Below are positions 29,828 to 40,415 of a stretch of 64,000 nt of DNA, piece after piece. The stretch covers positions 160,001 to 224,000 of the forward strand of contig JBDRCO010000037.1 in assembly GCA_043821645.1 (NCBI GenBank), read 5' to 3'. The position numbers were made by a program, and so were the translations under genes. The notes under the pieces are model-generated. The model ran no database searches. It was not told where the DNA came from and saw nothing but the letters and a program-made list of their open reading frames with translations. This DNA comes from Pseudomonadota bacterium (GTDB lineage Bacteria > Myxococcota > JACRCW01 > JAFGSX01). Positions within the stretch are counted from its first letter, which is position 1. Every line of letters begins with the position of its first letter.

Positions 29828-30274
29828 ATGGACAAGATCGAGATCCTGCAAAAATCCCCGCTGTTCGAGAAACTCCTGCCTGCCGAGCTGGAGACCCTGG
29901 CAGAATTGACCCAGCCCCGTGAGTACGAGAGCGGCGAGGTCATCATCCGCGAGGGTGATGCAGGTGACGCTCTGTACATCCTGGTTCAGGGCGAGGTCGA
30001 GGTGCTGCGTAGGGATCCCCGTGGCGCCGACCACAGTCTGGCCGTGCTCACGGTTCCTGACTTCTTTGGCGAGATGTCCCTGATCGACAAGGAGCATCGC
30101 TCCGCAACGGTCCGTACCCGCACCCGGGTCACGGCCTTGACCTTGACCGCCGAGAACCTGCACAGCTTTGCCAAGGTCTATCGCGAGGGCTTCACCTGGA
30201 TCGCGGTCAACATCGCCAAGGTGCTCAGTCATCGTCTGCGCGAGACCAACCGTCGCCTCTCCGATCAGGGCTAG
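29828..30274 (+). CDS. Stand-alone cyclic nucleotide-binding domain protein
   Basis: IIREGDAGDALYILVQGEV and FFGEMSLIDKEHRSATV; no HTH. Confidence 0.92.
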   Translation: MDKIEILQKSPLFEKLLPAELETLAELTQPREYESGEVIIREGDAGDALYILVQGEVEVLRRDPRGADHSLAVLTVPDFFGEMSLIDKEHRSATVRTRTRVTALTLTAENLHSFAKVYREGFTWIAVNIAKVLSHRLRETNRRLSDQG

Positions 30275-30357
30275 TGGGCAAGCCGCACGCATGTGCCGAG
30301 GTCCGGGCTCGCCCCGGAGAGGGCACTGGTGTATCAAAGGCGGGTCCCGTGTACCGA

Positions 30358-30366
30358 TGATAGAAT
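30358..30366 (+). promoter_or_regulatory. Extended -10 promoter candidate (TGaTAGAAT)
   Basis: TG-n-TAGAAT about 70 nt upstream of ATG 30439. Confidence 0.45.
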
Positions 30367-30438
30367 CGGCGAGTTGACGCGAGTGCGTGGAGCGTGTCGC
30401 ACGCAGGGTCTCCCTGCACTGGACCACGGGGGTTCAAG

Positions 30439-33400
30439 ATGAAGACTTTCCTGGCTCCACTGAAATTTTCGGCTGTGCGAAACCTGCGGACGAGATCCTG
30501 GCATGGGGCCCTGTTGATCCTGCTCATGGCGCCAGGCGCCCAGGCGGTCGAACTCAGGGGCTTTCCCGTGGCCATGGGCGGCCGGGTGAGTGGGTCGTCG
30601 CCTGCCGTGATCGATGTGGATGGCGACGGCCAGCTGGACATCGCCCTGTGCACGTCGACGCGGCTGGTCGTGCTGGACAACAGCGGGGCGCCACTTGCAG
30701 GTTTTCCCTTCGCCCTCAGTCGATCGGCCGACGACAGCGAGATCCAGAACCCGGCATCTCCCACGGCCTGCGACGTCGATGGGGACGGTCGGCCCGAGCT
30801 GGTGGTCGCGGGTCCGGATCGCAAGCTTCACCTCGTGGACGGGGCCGGCAGCGAGCGCCCGGGATGGCCCATCGAACTCAGCGCCCGCGCTCCGGCGGCC
30901 GCGGCCTGCGTGGATCTCGATGGCGACGGCAAACCCGAGATCCTCGTGGTGTCCGAGGACGGCATTCTGCATGCGCGCAGTGCGAGTGGCGCGGCGGCAG
31001 CGGGTTTCCATCCACCCCAGACCAAGTTCTCGCCGGGGCTTATCTCGGTGGTGGACCTGGTCGCCGATCGCAAGGGCCCCGAGCTGGTTCTCGGGACGTC
31101 GGATGGTCGGCTGCATGCCCTTGAGCGCAGCGGACGATCCATCGAGGGATTTCCGGTGGTGACGGACTACGCGGTGAGTGCCGGTGCCTCCGCTGGCGAC
31201 CTGGACGGTGATGGCAGCTGGGATTTGGTGTTTGGCTCGCAGGACTTCGGTCTCTATGCCGTCGACGCGCGAGGCAAGCCGCTCCCTGGTTTCCCGGTCA
31301 AGACCGGCTACCGCATCTATGGCGGGACGGCGCTCGGCGACCTGGACGGAGACGGCCGCGCGGACATCGTGGTCGGGGGAGGGGATGGCAAGATCTACGC
31401 CTTCAATGGCCGGGGTGCGCCCCTTCCGGGATGGCCTGTGGCGACCCGAGCAAGGATACACTCCACGCCCGCCCTGGCCGACGTGGATCGCGACGGTGCT
31501 CTGGAGGTCCTGGTGACCTCGAACGATGGCCGGCTGCATGCCCTGAACCAGCGCGGCCGGCCAGTGCCAGGCTTTCCGGTGATGGTCGGAGGGGAGCTGA
31601 CCACCTCGCCACTGGCCGTGGACCTGGATGGTGATGGCAGCATCGAGGTCCTGGTGGCGTCGGCAAGTGGCCAGCTGCACGCCTACTCCTTCGTGCCCTC
31701 GGGAGCGGCCAAGGCGACCTCGGTGGCCTGGGCTGGCTATGGCAACGGGCCAGCCCGACATGGGCGGACCTTCCCCAATCGAGGTCTGTTCGTGGAACTC
31801 GCGCTGGCGCCGGAGCAAGCGCGTACGGCCGACGCCCTCGAGGTGCACTATCGCTTCGTGGATCTCGACGGTGACGCCGAGAAGGGCACACGGATCCGCT
31901 GGTATCGAGAGGGCAAGCGGGTGCCAGATCTCGATGACAGCCGCAAGGTCCCGGCCGACGCCACGCGCAAGGGACAGCGCTGGAGCTACACGCTGCAGGC
32001 CGCCGAGGACTTCGCGGTCTATGCCGAGGGCAAGGGTGCTCATCTGGCCCGATCACCCGAGCTCCGCGTGGCCAATACTCCACCCTCCGTCCCGACCGTG
32101 AGCCACGAACCCGCCCAACCAGGCACGCGAGACGACATCAAGCTCGTCGTGACCACCCCGGCCCAGGATGCGGATGGCGACAAGGTCCGCTACCGCGTGC
32201 GCTGGTTGCGTAACCGCGAGCTGGTCAAGGAACTCAACGACGCGTTCACGCTCCCGGCTACCCAGACCAAGAAAGGCCAGAGCTGGGAGGCCGTGGTGAT
32301 CGCCCACGACGGTGCCGACGAGGGAACGCCAGCCCGGCACCAGGTCCAGATCGCCAACAGTCCTCCCTCGGCACCGGGCATCGTGCTCGCGCCCGCCACG
32401 GCCCGGGCCGACGATCGCGTCACCGCGCGTGTCGCCAAGGCGTCGATCGATGCGGATGGCGACCCCATTCGTTACCGCTACCGCTGGAGCGTCGACGGGA
32501 AGCGCCGTCCAGTGGACGAATCGGTTGATACCGTACCGGCGCGGAGTGCGGGCAAGGGGCATCTGCTGGGGGTCGACGTCCTGGCCTTCGATGGCCAGGT
32601 GGAGGGCCCTGCGACCCATGTCGAGCTCAAGGTTGCCAACACTGCGCCGCCGGCGCCGGCGCTGTCTCTCGTGCCAGCCAAGCCGCGCGCCGGTGACGAT
32701 CTGATCGTCCGCATTGCGCCCCCTCGAGCAGACGCCGACGGTGACACCATCCGCTACGAACTCGCGTGGCGGCGCAACGGTGAAGCCGTGGCAGGCCTGC
32801 GCGAGGCACGGGTGCCCGCAGCCCAGACCCGCAAGGGAGAGCGCTGGAGTGCCGAGGTCACGGCCCAGGACGGCGAGGCAGCCGGTCCGGTGGCCAAGGC
32901 CGAGGTGACCGTCGGCAACACCCCCCCCGCGGCGCCACGGGTTTCCATCTCGCCGGCTCAGCCCCGCGCCGGTGACGCGCTCAAGGCTCAGGTTGTGGAG
33001 CCCTCGACCGACCTCGACGGTGACAGCGCGCGCTACTCCTGGAGCTGGCTGCGGGATGGCACCGAGGTTGCGGGCCTGAATACCGACAGCGTCCCACCGG
33101 GACGGCTCAAGAAGAACGAAGTCTGGCGCGTTCGTTCCACACCCTCGGACGGCACGGACAGCGGCACTCCTGGCCAGGCTGATCTGCGGGTCGAGGACAC
33201 GCCACCCGGCGCCCCGGTCGTCCGGATCGAGCCCGCCAAGCCCGCCACGGCTGACGCTCTGCGCGCCGTCATCGCAACCCCTGCGGTGGACGTGGATGGC
33301 GATGCCATCAGCTACCGCTACACCTGGTTTCTCGACGGCGTGGCGCAGGATCTTCCCGCCGATCGGGCCGAGGTGGAACCCGCCCGCACCCGCAAGGGGC

Positions 33401-35190
33401 AACGCTGGTCCGTTGAGGCCACGGCCGTGGCCGACGGGCAGATCGGGGAGGCCTCTCGTGCCGAGGTCGAGATCGGCGACACCCCACCTGCGACGCCACG
33501 CGTGGTGATCGCGCCGTCGAACCCGCACACTGGTGACGCCCTGCACGCCAGCGTGCCGGAGTTTCCCCAGGACGTGGACGGCGATCCCCTCAGCATGGCG
33601 ATCCGCTGGCTCAAGGACGGCCAGCCCGCAGGGATAGACGGCGCGAGTGTCCCTGCGGAGCGCACCCGTCGGGGCGAGCGCTGGACTGCCGAGGCCACCG
33701 CGAACGACGGCATGCGTCGCTCGGCTCCAGGTAAAGCCGAGGTCCGCATCGCCAACACGCCACCACGGCCACCGATTCTCAAGATGACCAAGCGCGCCTG
33801 GAAGACCGATGAGACCGTGATCGTGCAGGTGGTCACGCCTGCCCGCGACGACGACGGGGACCCGGTCACCCTGCGCTACGTGTGGGAGCGCGATGGCAAG
33901 GCCGTGGAGCTTCCGGCCACCACCACACAGTTGACGCCCGAGAGAACTGCCAAGGGCCAGGCCTGGGTGGTGCGCGCCATCCCCCGGGACGACAGCGAGG
34001 ATGGCCCCGAGGTCCGTGTCGCCTTCACCGTCCTCAACACCCCTCCCGGACCACCAACCATCACGCTGTCGCCCGCGAAACCGTCGACCCGGGAGCCCTT
34101 GCTGGTCAAGATCGATGCCCCGGCACCGGACACCGATCGCGACGCCCAGAAGTACCGCTATCGCTGGTACAAGGACGGCGTGCGGCAGCGGCTGGACGAG
34201 ACCAGTGGACGCGTGGACGCCAAGCTCACGCACCGCGATGAGCACTGGAGGGTCGAGGTTCGGGCCCACGATGGCGAGGTCGAGGGTCCCGCTGCGAGCG
34301 CCGAGCTTCGCATTCACAACACGGCTCCCGAAGCGCCGGAGCTGCGCATCGAACCGGACACGCCCGGCGGTGGCCAGGACCTGCGTTGCGTCGTCACCCG
34401 AGAGGCACAAGAGGCCGACGGCGACCCGCTGGTGTACCGCTTTTTGTGGGAACGAGACGGCGCTGCTGTGCCCGAGGGAGTCGACGGCGTGGTCCCGGGC
34501 GCCCTCGTCCGCAAGGGGCAGCGCTGGCGATGTTCGGCCGAAGCCAGCGACGGGAGTCTCACCGGGCCCCGGGTCCAGTCCAGCGAAGTGCGCGTGACCA
34601 ATAGCCCGCCGGCACCGCCACGCATCCAGGTCCTCCCGGAGCAAGCCACGGCGGACCACCCCATCACCTGCGCGGTGCTGGACGAGGCCCTCGACCCCGA
34701 CATGGACCCCGTTCGCTACCGCTTCGCCTGGCTCAAGGGAAAGGCCAAGAAGAGGCTGTTCGAGGACCAGTCCGTGCTCCCCCCGGGGACCGCTCGCAAG
34801 GGCGAGCAGTGGACGTGCCTGGTTCGGGCGAGGGATGCCGAGGCCGACAGCCAGGAGGTCCAGGTGTCGGTGAGCGTGATCAACTCGCCGCCCGCGAGCC
34901 CACGCATTCACCTGGAGCCGGAATACCCGGTGGCCGGGGTCGACGGGTTGCGCTGCATCATCGACGATCAAGCCATGGATCCGGATGGCGACAAGGTGCG
35001 GTACCGCGTGCAGTGGTTCAAGGATGGCGTGCTGCAGGGCTTCGCCGCCACCAGCCTCGATGTCCCCTCACGCCTTGTCGTCGACAAGAGCCTGTGGCAG
35101 TGCGCTGTCGAGGCCTCTGACGGCAAGCTGAACGCCGAGCTGGTTCGCAGCAACACCGTGGTGGTGGGCCGACGCCAGGGAGATCGCTGA
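30439..35190 (+). CDS. Large exported FG-GAP/VCBS propeller protein with 12 tandem ~95-aa beta-sandwich repeats
   Basis: Signal peptide (AQA-V), 8 DxDGDG-type blades, then N(T/S)PP...DxDGD..Y.Y.W...KG..W repeats. Start is uncertain. Confidence 0.85.
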   Translation: MKTFLAPLKFSAVRNLRTRSWHGALLILLMAPGAQAVELRGFPVAMGGRVSGSSPAVIDVDGDGQLDIALCTSTRLVVLDNSGAPLAGFPFALSRSADDSEIQNPASPTACDVDGDGRPELVVAGPDRKLHLVDGAGSERPGWPIELSARAPAAAACVDLDGDGKPEILVVSEDGILHARSASGAAAAGFHPPQTKFSPGLISVVDLVADRKGPELVLGTSDGRLHALERSGRSIEGFPVVTDYAVSAGASAGDLDGDGSWDLVFGSQDFGLYAVDARGKPLPGFPVKTGYRIYGGTALGDLDGDGRADIVVGGGDGKIYAFNGRGAPLPGWPVATRARIHSTPALADVDRDGALEVLVTSNDGRLHALNQRGRPVPGFPVMVGGELTTSPLAVDLDGDGSIEVLVASASGQLHAYSFVPSGAAKATSVAWAGYGNGPARHGRTFPNRGLFVELALAPEQARTADALEVHYRFVDLDGDAEKGTRIRWYREGKRVPDLDDSRKVPADATRKGQRWSYTLQAAEDFAVYAEGKGAHLARSPELRVANTPPSVPTVSHEPAQPGTRDDIKLVVTTPAQDADGDKVRYRVRWLRNRELVKELNDAFTLPATQTKKGQSWEAVVIAHDGADEGTPARHQVQIANSPPSAPGIVLAPATARADDRVTARVAKASIDADGDPIRYRYRWSVDGKRRPVDESVDTVPARSAGKGHLLGVDVLAFDGQVEGPATHVELKVANTAPPAPALSLVPAKPRAGDDLIVRIAPPRADADGDTIRYELAWRRNGEAVAGLREARVPAAQTRKGERWSAEVTAQDGEAAGPVAKAEVTVGNTPPAAPRVSISPAQPRAGDALKAQVVEPSTDLDGDSARYSWSWLRDGTEVAGLNTDSVPPGRLKKNEVWRVRSTPSDGTDSGTPGQADLRVEDTPPGAPVVRIEPAKPATADALRAVIATPAVDVDGDAISYRYTWFLDGVAQDLPADRAEVEPARTRKGQRWSVEATAVADGQIGEASRAEVEIGDTPPATPRVVIAPSNPHTGDALHASVPEFPQDVDGDPLSMAIRWLKDGQPAGIDGASVPAERTRRGERWTAEATANDGMRRSAPGKAEVRIANTPPRPPILKMTKRAWKTDETVIVQVVTPARDDDGDPVTLRYVWERDGKAVELPATTTQLTPERTAKGQAWVVRAIPRDDSEDGPEVRVAFTVLNTPPGPPTITLSPAKPSTREPLLVKIDAPAPDTDRDAQKYRYRWYKDGVRQRLDETSGRVDAKLTHRDEHWRVEVRAHDGEVEGPAASAELRIHNTAPEAPELRIEPDTPGGGQDLRCVVTREAQEADGDPLVYRFLWERDGAAVPEGVDGVVPGALVRKGQRWRCSAEASDGSLTGPRVQSSEVRVTNSPPAPPRIQVLPEQATADHPITCAVLDEALDPDMDPVRYRFAWLKGKAKKRLFEDQSVLPPGTARKGEQWTCLVRARDAEADSQEVQVSVSVINSPPASPRIHLEPEYPVAGVDGLRCIIDDQAMDPDGDKVRYRVQWFKDGVLQGFAATSLDVPSRLVVDKSLWQCAVEASDGKLNAELVRSNTVVVGRRQGDR
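31775..35165 (+). repeat. 12 diverged coding repeats of about 285 nt
   Basis: Counted by eye from the NTPP, DxDGD and KGxxW motifs; the last three each carry a Cys pair. Confidence 0.8.
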
Positions 35191-35204
35191 AAACGGTTCG
35201 TTCT

Positions 35205-36179
35205 TCAGCGTCCACGCATCTGGCATTCCGGGCAGTCCACCACCCTCAAGCTCTCGGGGTTCCGCGTGCTGTTGTAGGCCTGCAGTGCCTGCTGCAGAGA
35301 CGGAGTGCAACCCTCGCAGCCCCGAGGAGCCATGCGCGGGTCCAGGCCCTCATCGCTGGTGCCCACCGTGACCTCGCCCAGGGGGTGGACCTGGCGCAGG
35401 ACCTCGATCACGCTCCACAGGCTCGGGGGCTGGTAATGGCCCGCACGCCAGGCCTTCTCGATGGCCGTGCCCGGCGCCACGAACACGGGTTGCAGGGCCA
35501 CATGTGCAGGCACGCGAAGCCTGGTCGCCAGCTCGAACACGTAGCGGCTCGAGGCCACGGCGTCCGCGATGGCCTGGTCCTCGTCGAGACCCAGGGGCTT
35601 GATCAGCAGATACACCAGCAGGCGGGCACCGTGCTGCGCCAGGACGGTGGCGGCGCGCTCGAAGTCCTCGCGACCAAAGCCCTTGTTGACCAGGACCTCC
35701 CGGACGTGGTCGTCCGCACTTTCCAGGCCAATACCCACCTCGAGGCGCTGTCCAGGGACCCGGTCACAGGCGGCCTGGATGCGCTCGGCGTGCACGAACT
35801 CGGGCCGGGATTCCACCAGCACGCGCCGCACGGAGCTCGACCCGAGCGCAGCGAGAACATGGTCGCGCACCGTCGCGGGCATCTCGGCCTCGGCGAAAAA
35901 AGAACCCGAGTTGAACAGATCCACCTCGACGAGATCCGTGAAGGCGCCTGGTGTCGAGAACACGCTGTCGAACTGGGTGATCAGATCCTGGGCCGCCACG
36001 GACACGCCACCGGTGGACAGCGGATGGAAGCCGCAGTTGCTGCACCCGCCATCCGGGCGCCGCGCGTAGGTGCAGCCTGCGGCGCGAAAGATGAACATCA
36101 AGCGTGACCCCGCCGTCCCGTCGACGACGGTGCGGCTGCGCTCGACCAGGGCAGGCCGCCGCAGGTCCTCGGTCGTCAT
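35205..36179 (-). CDS. Radical SAM protein resembling the archaeal RaSEA (TIGR01210-like) family
   Basis: Spaced CX9CX2C (GCTYARRPDGGCSNC), FNSGSF, ESRPEFV, IGLES, NKGF, YLLIKP, YQPPSLWS and C-terminal CxxC...CxxC; ATGA overlap with the upstream gene. Confidence 0.8.
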   Translation of the reverse strand: MTTEDLRRPALVERSRTVVDGTAGSRLMFIFRAAGCTYARRPDGGCSNCGFHPLSTGGVSVAAQDLITQFDSVFSTPGAFTDLVEVDLFNSGSFFAEAEMPATVRDHVLAALGSSSVRRVLVESRPEFVHAERIQAACDRVPGQRLEVGIGLESADDHVREVLVNKGFGREDFERAATVLAQHGARLLVYLLIKPLGLDEDQAIADAVASSRYVFELATRLRVPAHVALQPVFVAPGTAIEKAWRAGHYQPPSLWSVIEVLRQVHPLGEVTVGTSDEGLDPRMAPRGCEGCTPSLQQALQAYNSTRNPESLRVVDCPECQMRGR

Positions 36180-37909
36180 CCGCGGTGCACCAGGAAGGGG
36201 CCGATGGCCAGCGCGTCGATGCGCGAGCGAGAGAAGGTGGCGATGGCGTGCTGCGGGGTACACACGATGGGTTCGCTGATGTTGAACGAGGTGTTGAGCA
36301 CCATGCCCACGCCCGACAGGGCGCGCAGCTCCCTGAGCAGTCTCGCGTACAGCGGGTTGACGGCTTCGCGCACCACGTGCACCCGCGAGGTGGCCTGGCC
36401 CGTGCTCCCGTTCTCCTGCACCACCGCAGGGATCAGCTGCATGGCCTTGCGATCCCGCACGGTGAGGGCCATCAACATGTACTCGGTGGCGTCGAGATCG
36501 GGTGGCGCGTGCAGGAACATGCCGACGTCCTCGTGCAGCACCGAGGGCGCGAAGGGACGGTAGGACTCGCGTTCCTTGATCTTGCTGTTGAGGCGTGTCC
36601 GGGTGTCGAAGCGGCTGGGGTCAGCCAGGATGCTTCGGTTGCCCAGCGCCCGCGGCCCGAACTCCAGGCGACCCTGGAACCAGGCCACCAGCTCGCCGTC
36701 GTGGATCAGGTGCGCGGCATCGCGCGCAATATCGTCGGGCCGGTGGACTGCGAGCCCGGCCTGGCGCAGGGCCGCCTCGATCTCGTCGTCAGCGTAGCCA
36801 GGTCCCAGGTAGCTGTGGTCGAGAAGGGGCCGTTGCGCGTTGCCGAGGACGTGGTTCCAGATCAGACAGGCCGCGCCCAGGGCCGTGCCGGCGTCGTTGG
36901 CCGCGGGCTGCACGTGGAGGAAGCGGAACGGCGTCTGCTCGAGGATGCGCGCATTGGCCACGCAGTTGAGCGCCACGCCGCCCGCCAGGCACAGGGCCTC
37001 CGCGCCGGTGCGCTGGTGGAGGATGCGGGCCAGGTGGACGATCACCTCCTCGGTGACGACCTGCAAACCCGCCGCGATGCTCGCCTCCTCGTACCGATCC
37101 ACCACGCTGGTGCGGCGCGGTCCGAACAGCGGGGCCAGGCCGTCGAAGTCCCGCGTCCGGAAGCGCATGATCGTGTTGTCGACCGCGAAGCCGGCCGTCT
37201 CGAGCTGCACCACGCGGCGCATGCGCCGGGCATAGTCCACGTCGCTGCGCTCACCCATGGGGTCCGTGGTGCAGGCGTAGCCCATCATCTTGCCTGGACC
37301 GGAGTAAACGTCGAAGCCCAGGTGCTCGCTCAGCTTTTCCCATACAAACCCCAGCGAATGGGGATACACCAGGGTGTCCAGGGTCTCGATGCGCGCCCCC
37401 TCGCCCAGGCCCAGGAAGGTCGTGGCATGCTCGCCGATGCCGTCGATGGCGAGCACGGCAGCGCGCCCGTGGGGTGACGGAAAGTAGGCGCTGGCCGCGT
37501 GACACAGATGGTGCGGCAGCACGTGCACCTCGGCGTGCACGAAGCGCTCGCGCAGCGACGCCAGGGCGCGCTGGTTGCTTGCGAAAAAGGCATCCTCCCC
37601 CTCGGGTGTCCCGAAATCGCCTGCGGGAATTCCCGCCACATCGAGCCCACGCTGGCTTTCGCGACGGAGCTGTGGATCGAAGGCGTAGCCCACATGGTCG
37701 ACCTGGTCTGCGGTCAGGCCCGCGTGGGCAAGCACCCACGCCAGGGCGGCCTCGGGGAGTTGATCGGCGTTGTCGACCCGCGAGTGCTTGCCGTGCTTGA
37801 CCCGGCTGAAGCGCTCCTCCTCGACCGCCGAGAGGATCTCGCCGTCTCGAAGCAGGCATACGGACGACTCATGGTAGGCGCAGTTGACGCCAAGGATGAC
37901 AGTGCTCAC
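36176..37909 (-). CDS. O-carbamoyltransferase (NodU/CmcH/TobZ family)
   Basis: YHES, EEERFSRVKH, HHLCHAASA, DGIGE, AGGVALNC, EFGPRALGNRS, RPFAP and LNTSFN; GGAGG RBS before GTG 37909. Confidence 0.94.
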   Translation of the reverse strand: MSTVILGVNCAYHESSVCLLRDGEILSAVEEERFSRVKHGKHSRVDNADQLPEAALAWVLAHAGLTADQVDHVGYAFDPQLRRESQRGLDVAGIPAGDFGTPEGEDAFFASNQRALASLRERFVHAEVHVLPHHLCHAASAYFPSPHGRAAVLAIDGIGEHATTFLGLGEGARIETLDTLVYPHSLGFVWEKLSEHLGFDVYSGPGKMMGYACTTDPMGERSDVDYARRMRRVVQLETAGFAVDNTIMRFRTRDFDGLAPLFGPRRTSVVDRYEEASIAAGLQVVTEEVIVHLARILHQRTGAEALCLAGGVALNCVANARILEQTPFRFLHVQPAANDAGTALGAACLIWNHVLGNAQRPLLDHSYLGPGYADDEIEAALRQAGLAVHRPDDIARDAAHLIHDGELVAWFQGRLEFGPRALGNRSILADPSRFDTRTRLNSKIKERESYRPFAPSVLHEDVGMFLHAPPDLDATEYMLMALTVRDRKAMQLIPAVVQENGSTGQATSRVHVVREAVNPLYARLLRELRALSGVGMVLNTSFNISEPIVCTPQHAIATFSRSRIDALAIGPFLVHRG

Positions 37910-38223
37910 GCGGCCTCCTGCCCCGCCATCGTGCGCCGGAGCCCAAGTGCCCGCATCATACACAGCACAAGGCCACGTGGGAGCCGCACGCGGCGACCTG
38001 GCGACGGGCCCGGTGGCTGATTTTTTTCGCTGTTCCGCTTGCTTGCCCGGGATGGCGGTGCTAACAAGCCGCTCTCGTCACGGCGTGAAGCGCCGGGCAT
38101 GGCCCTCGACGTGGGGGCAAGACTGCTGCCAGGGAAACACTGGCTTCACGGCGCCATCTGCCCTCGCGACGCCCGCTGTGGCTTCGATCTGGCCGGTGGA
38201 GCCCAGCACAACGGAGCGCAACC

Positions 38224-38583
38224 GTGCCGCTATCCGTTCTCATCGACGTGACACGCGCCGGTCTGGCGCAGAGCCCGGGTCCCCAGGGCGGCGCCCTCAG
38301 TATGGTACTCATGCTGGGAGTGATGTTCGCGATCATCTACTTCCTGATGATCCGACCCCAGCAGAAGCAGCAGAAGAAGCACCGCGACTTCCTGTCCAAG
38401 CTCAAGAAGGGCGACGAGGTGGTGACCCAGTCCGGGTTCCTTGGCCGCGTCTTTGCCGTCGAGGAGAGCGTGGTGACCCTGGAGCTGGCGGACAAGGTCA
38501 AGGTTCGCGTGCTCAAGCACGCCGTGGCCAACATGGCACCGGGCACCGAGCCCGCAGCCGCCGACGACAGCAGCAAGAAGTGA
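38224..38583 (+). CDS. yajC: Preprotein translocase subunit YajC
   Basis: YFLMIRPQQKQQK...LKKGDEVVT-SG; start is uncertain. Confidence 0.95.
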   Translation: MPLSVLIDVTRAGLAQSPGPQGGALSMVLMLGVMFAIIYFLMIRPQQKQQKKHRDFLSKLKKGDEVVTQSGFLGRVFAVEESVVTLELADKVKVRVLKHAVANMAPGTEPAAADDSSKK

Positions 38584-38626
38584 GCACTGGCCGTCCGGTG
38601 CGCGACGACCCCGCACGAGGTTGATG

Positions 38627-40405
<1,779 letters not shown>

Positions 40406-40415
40406 GGGGCGTGCC

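Noticed and set aside
24590-35165. Repeats as a CRISPR array or mobile element
   Set aside because: All repeats are degenerate and protein-coding; no spacers, cas genes or transposase.
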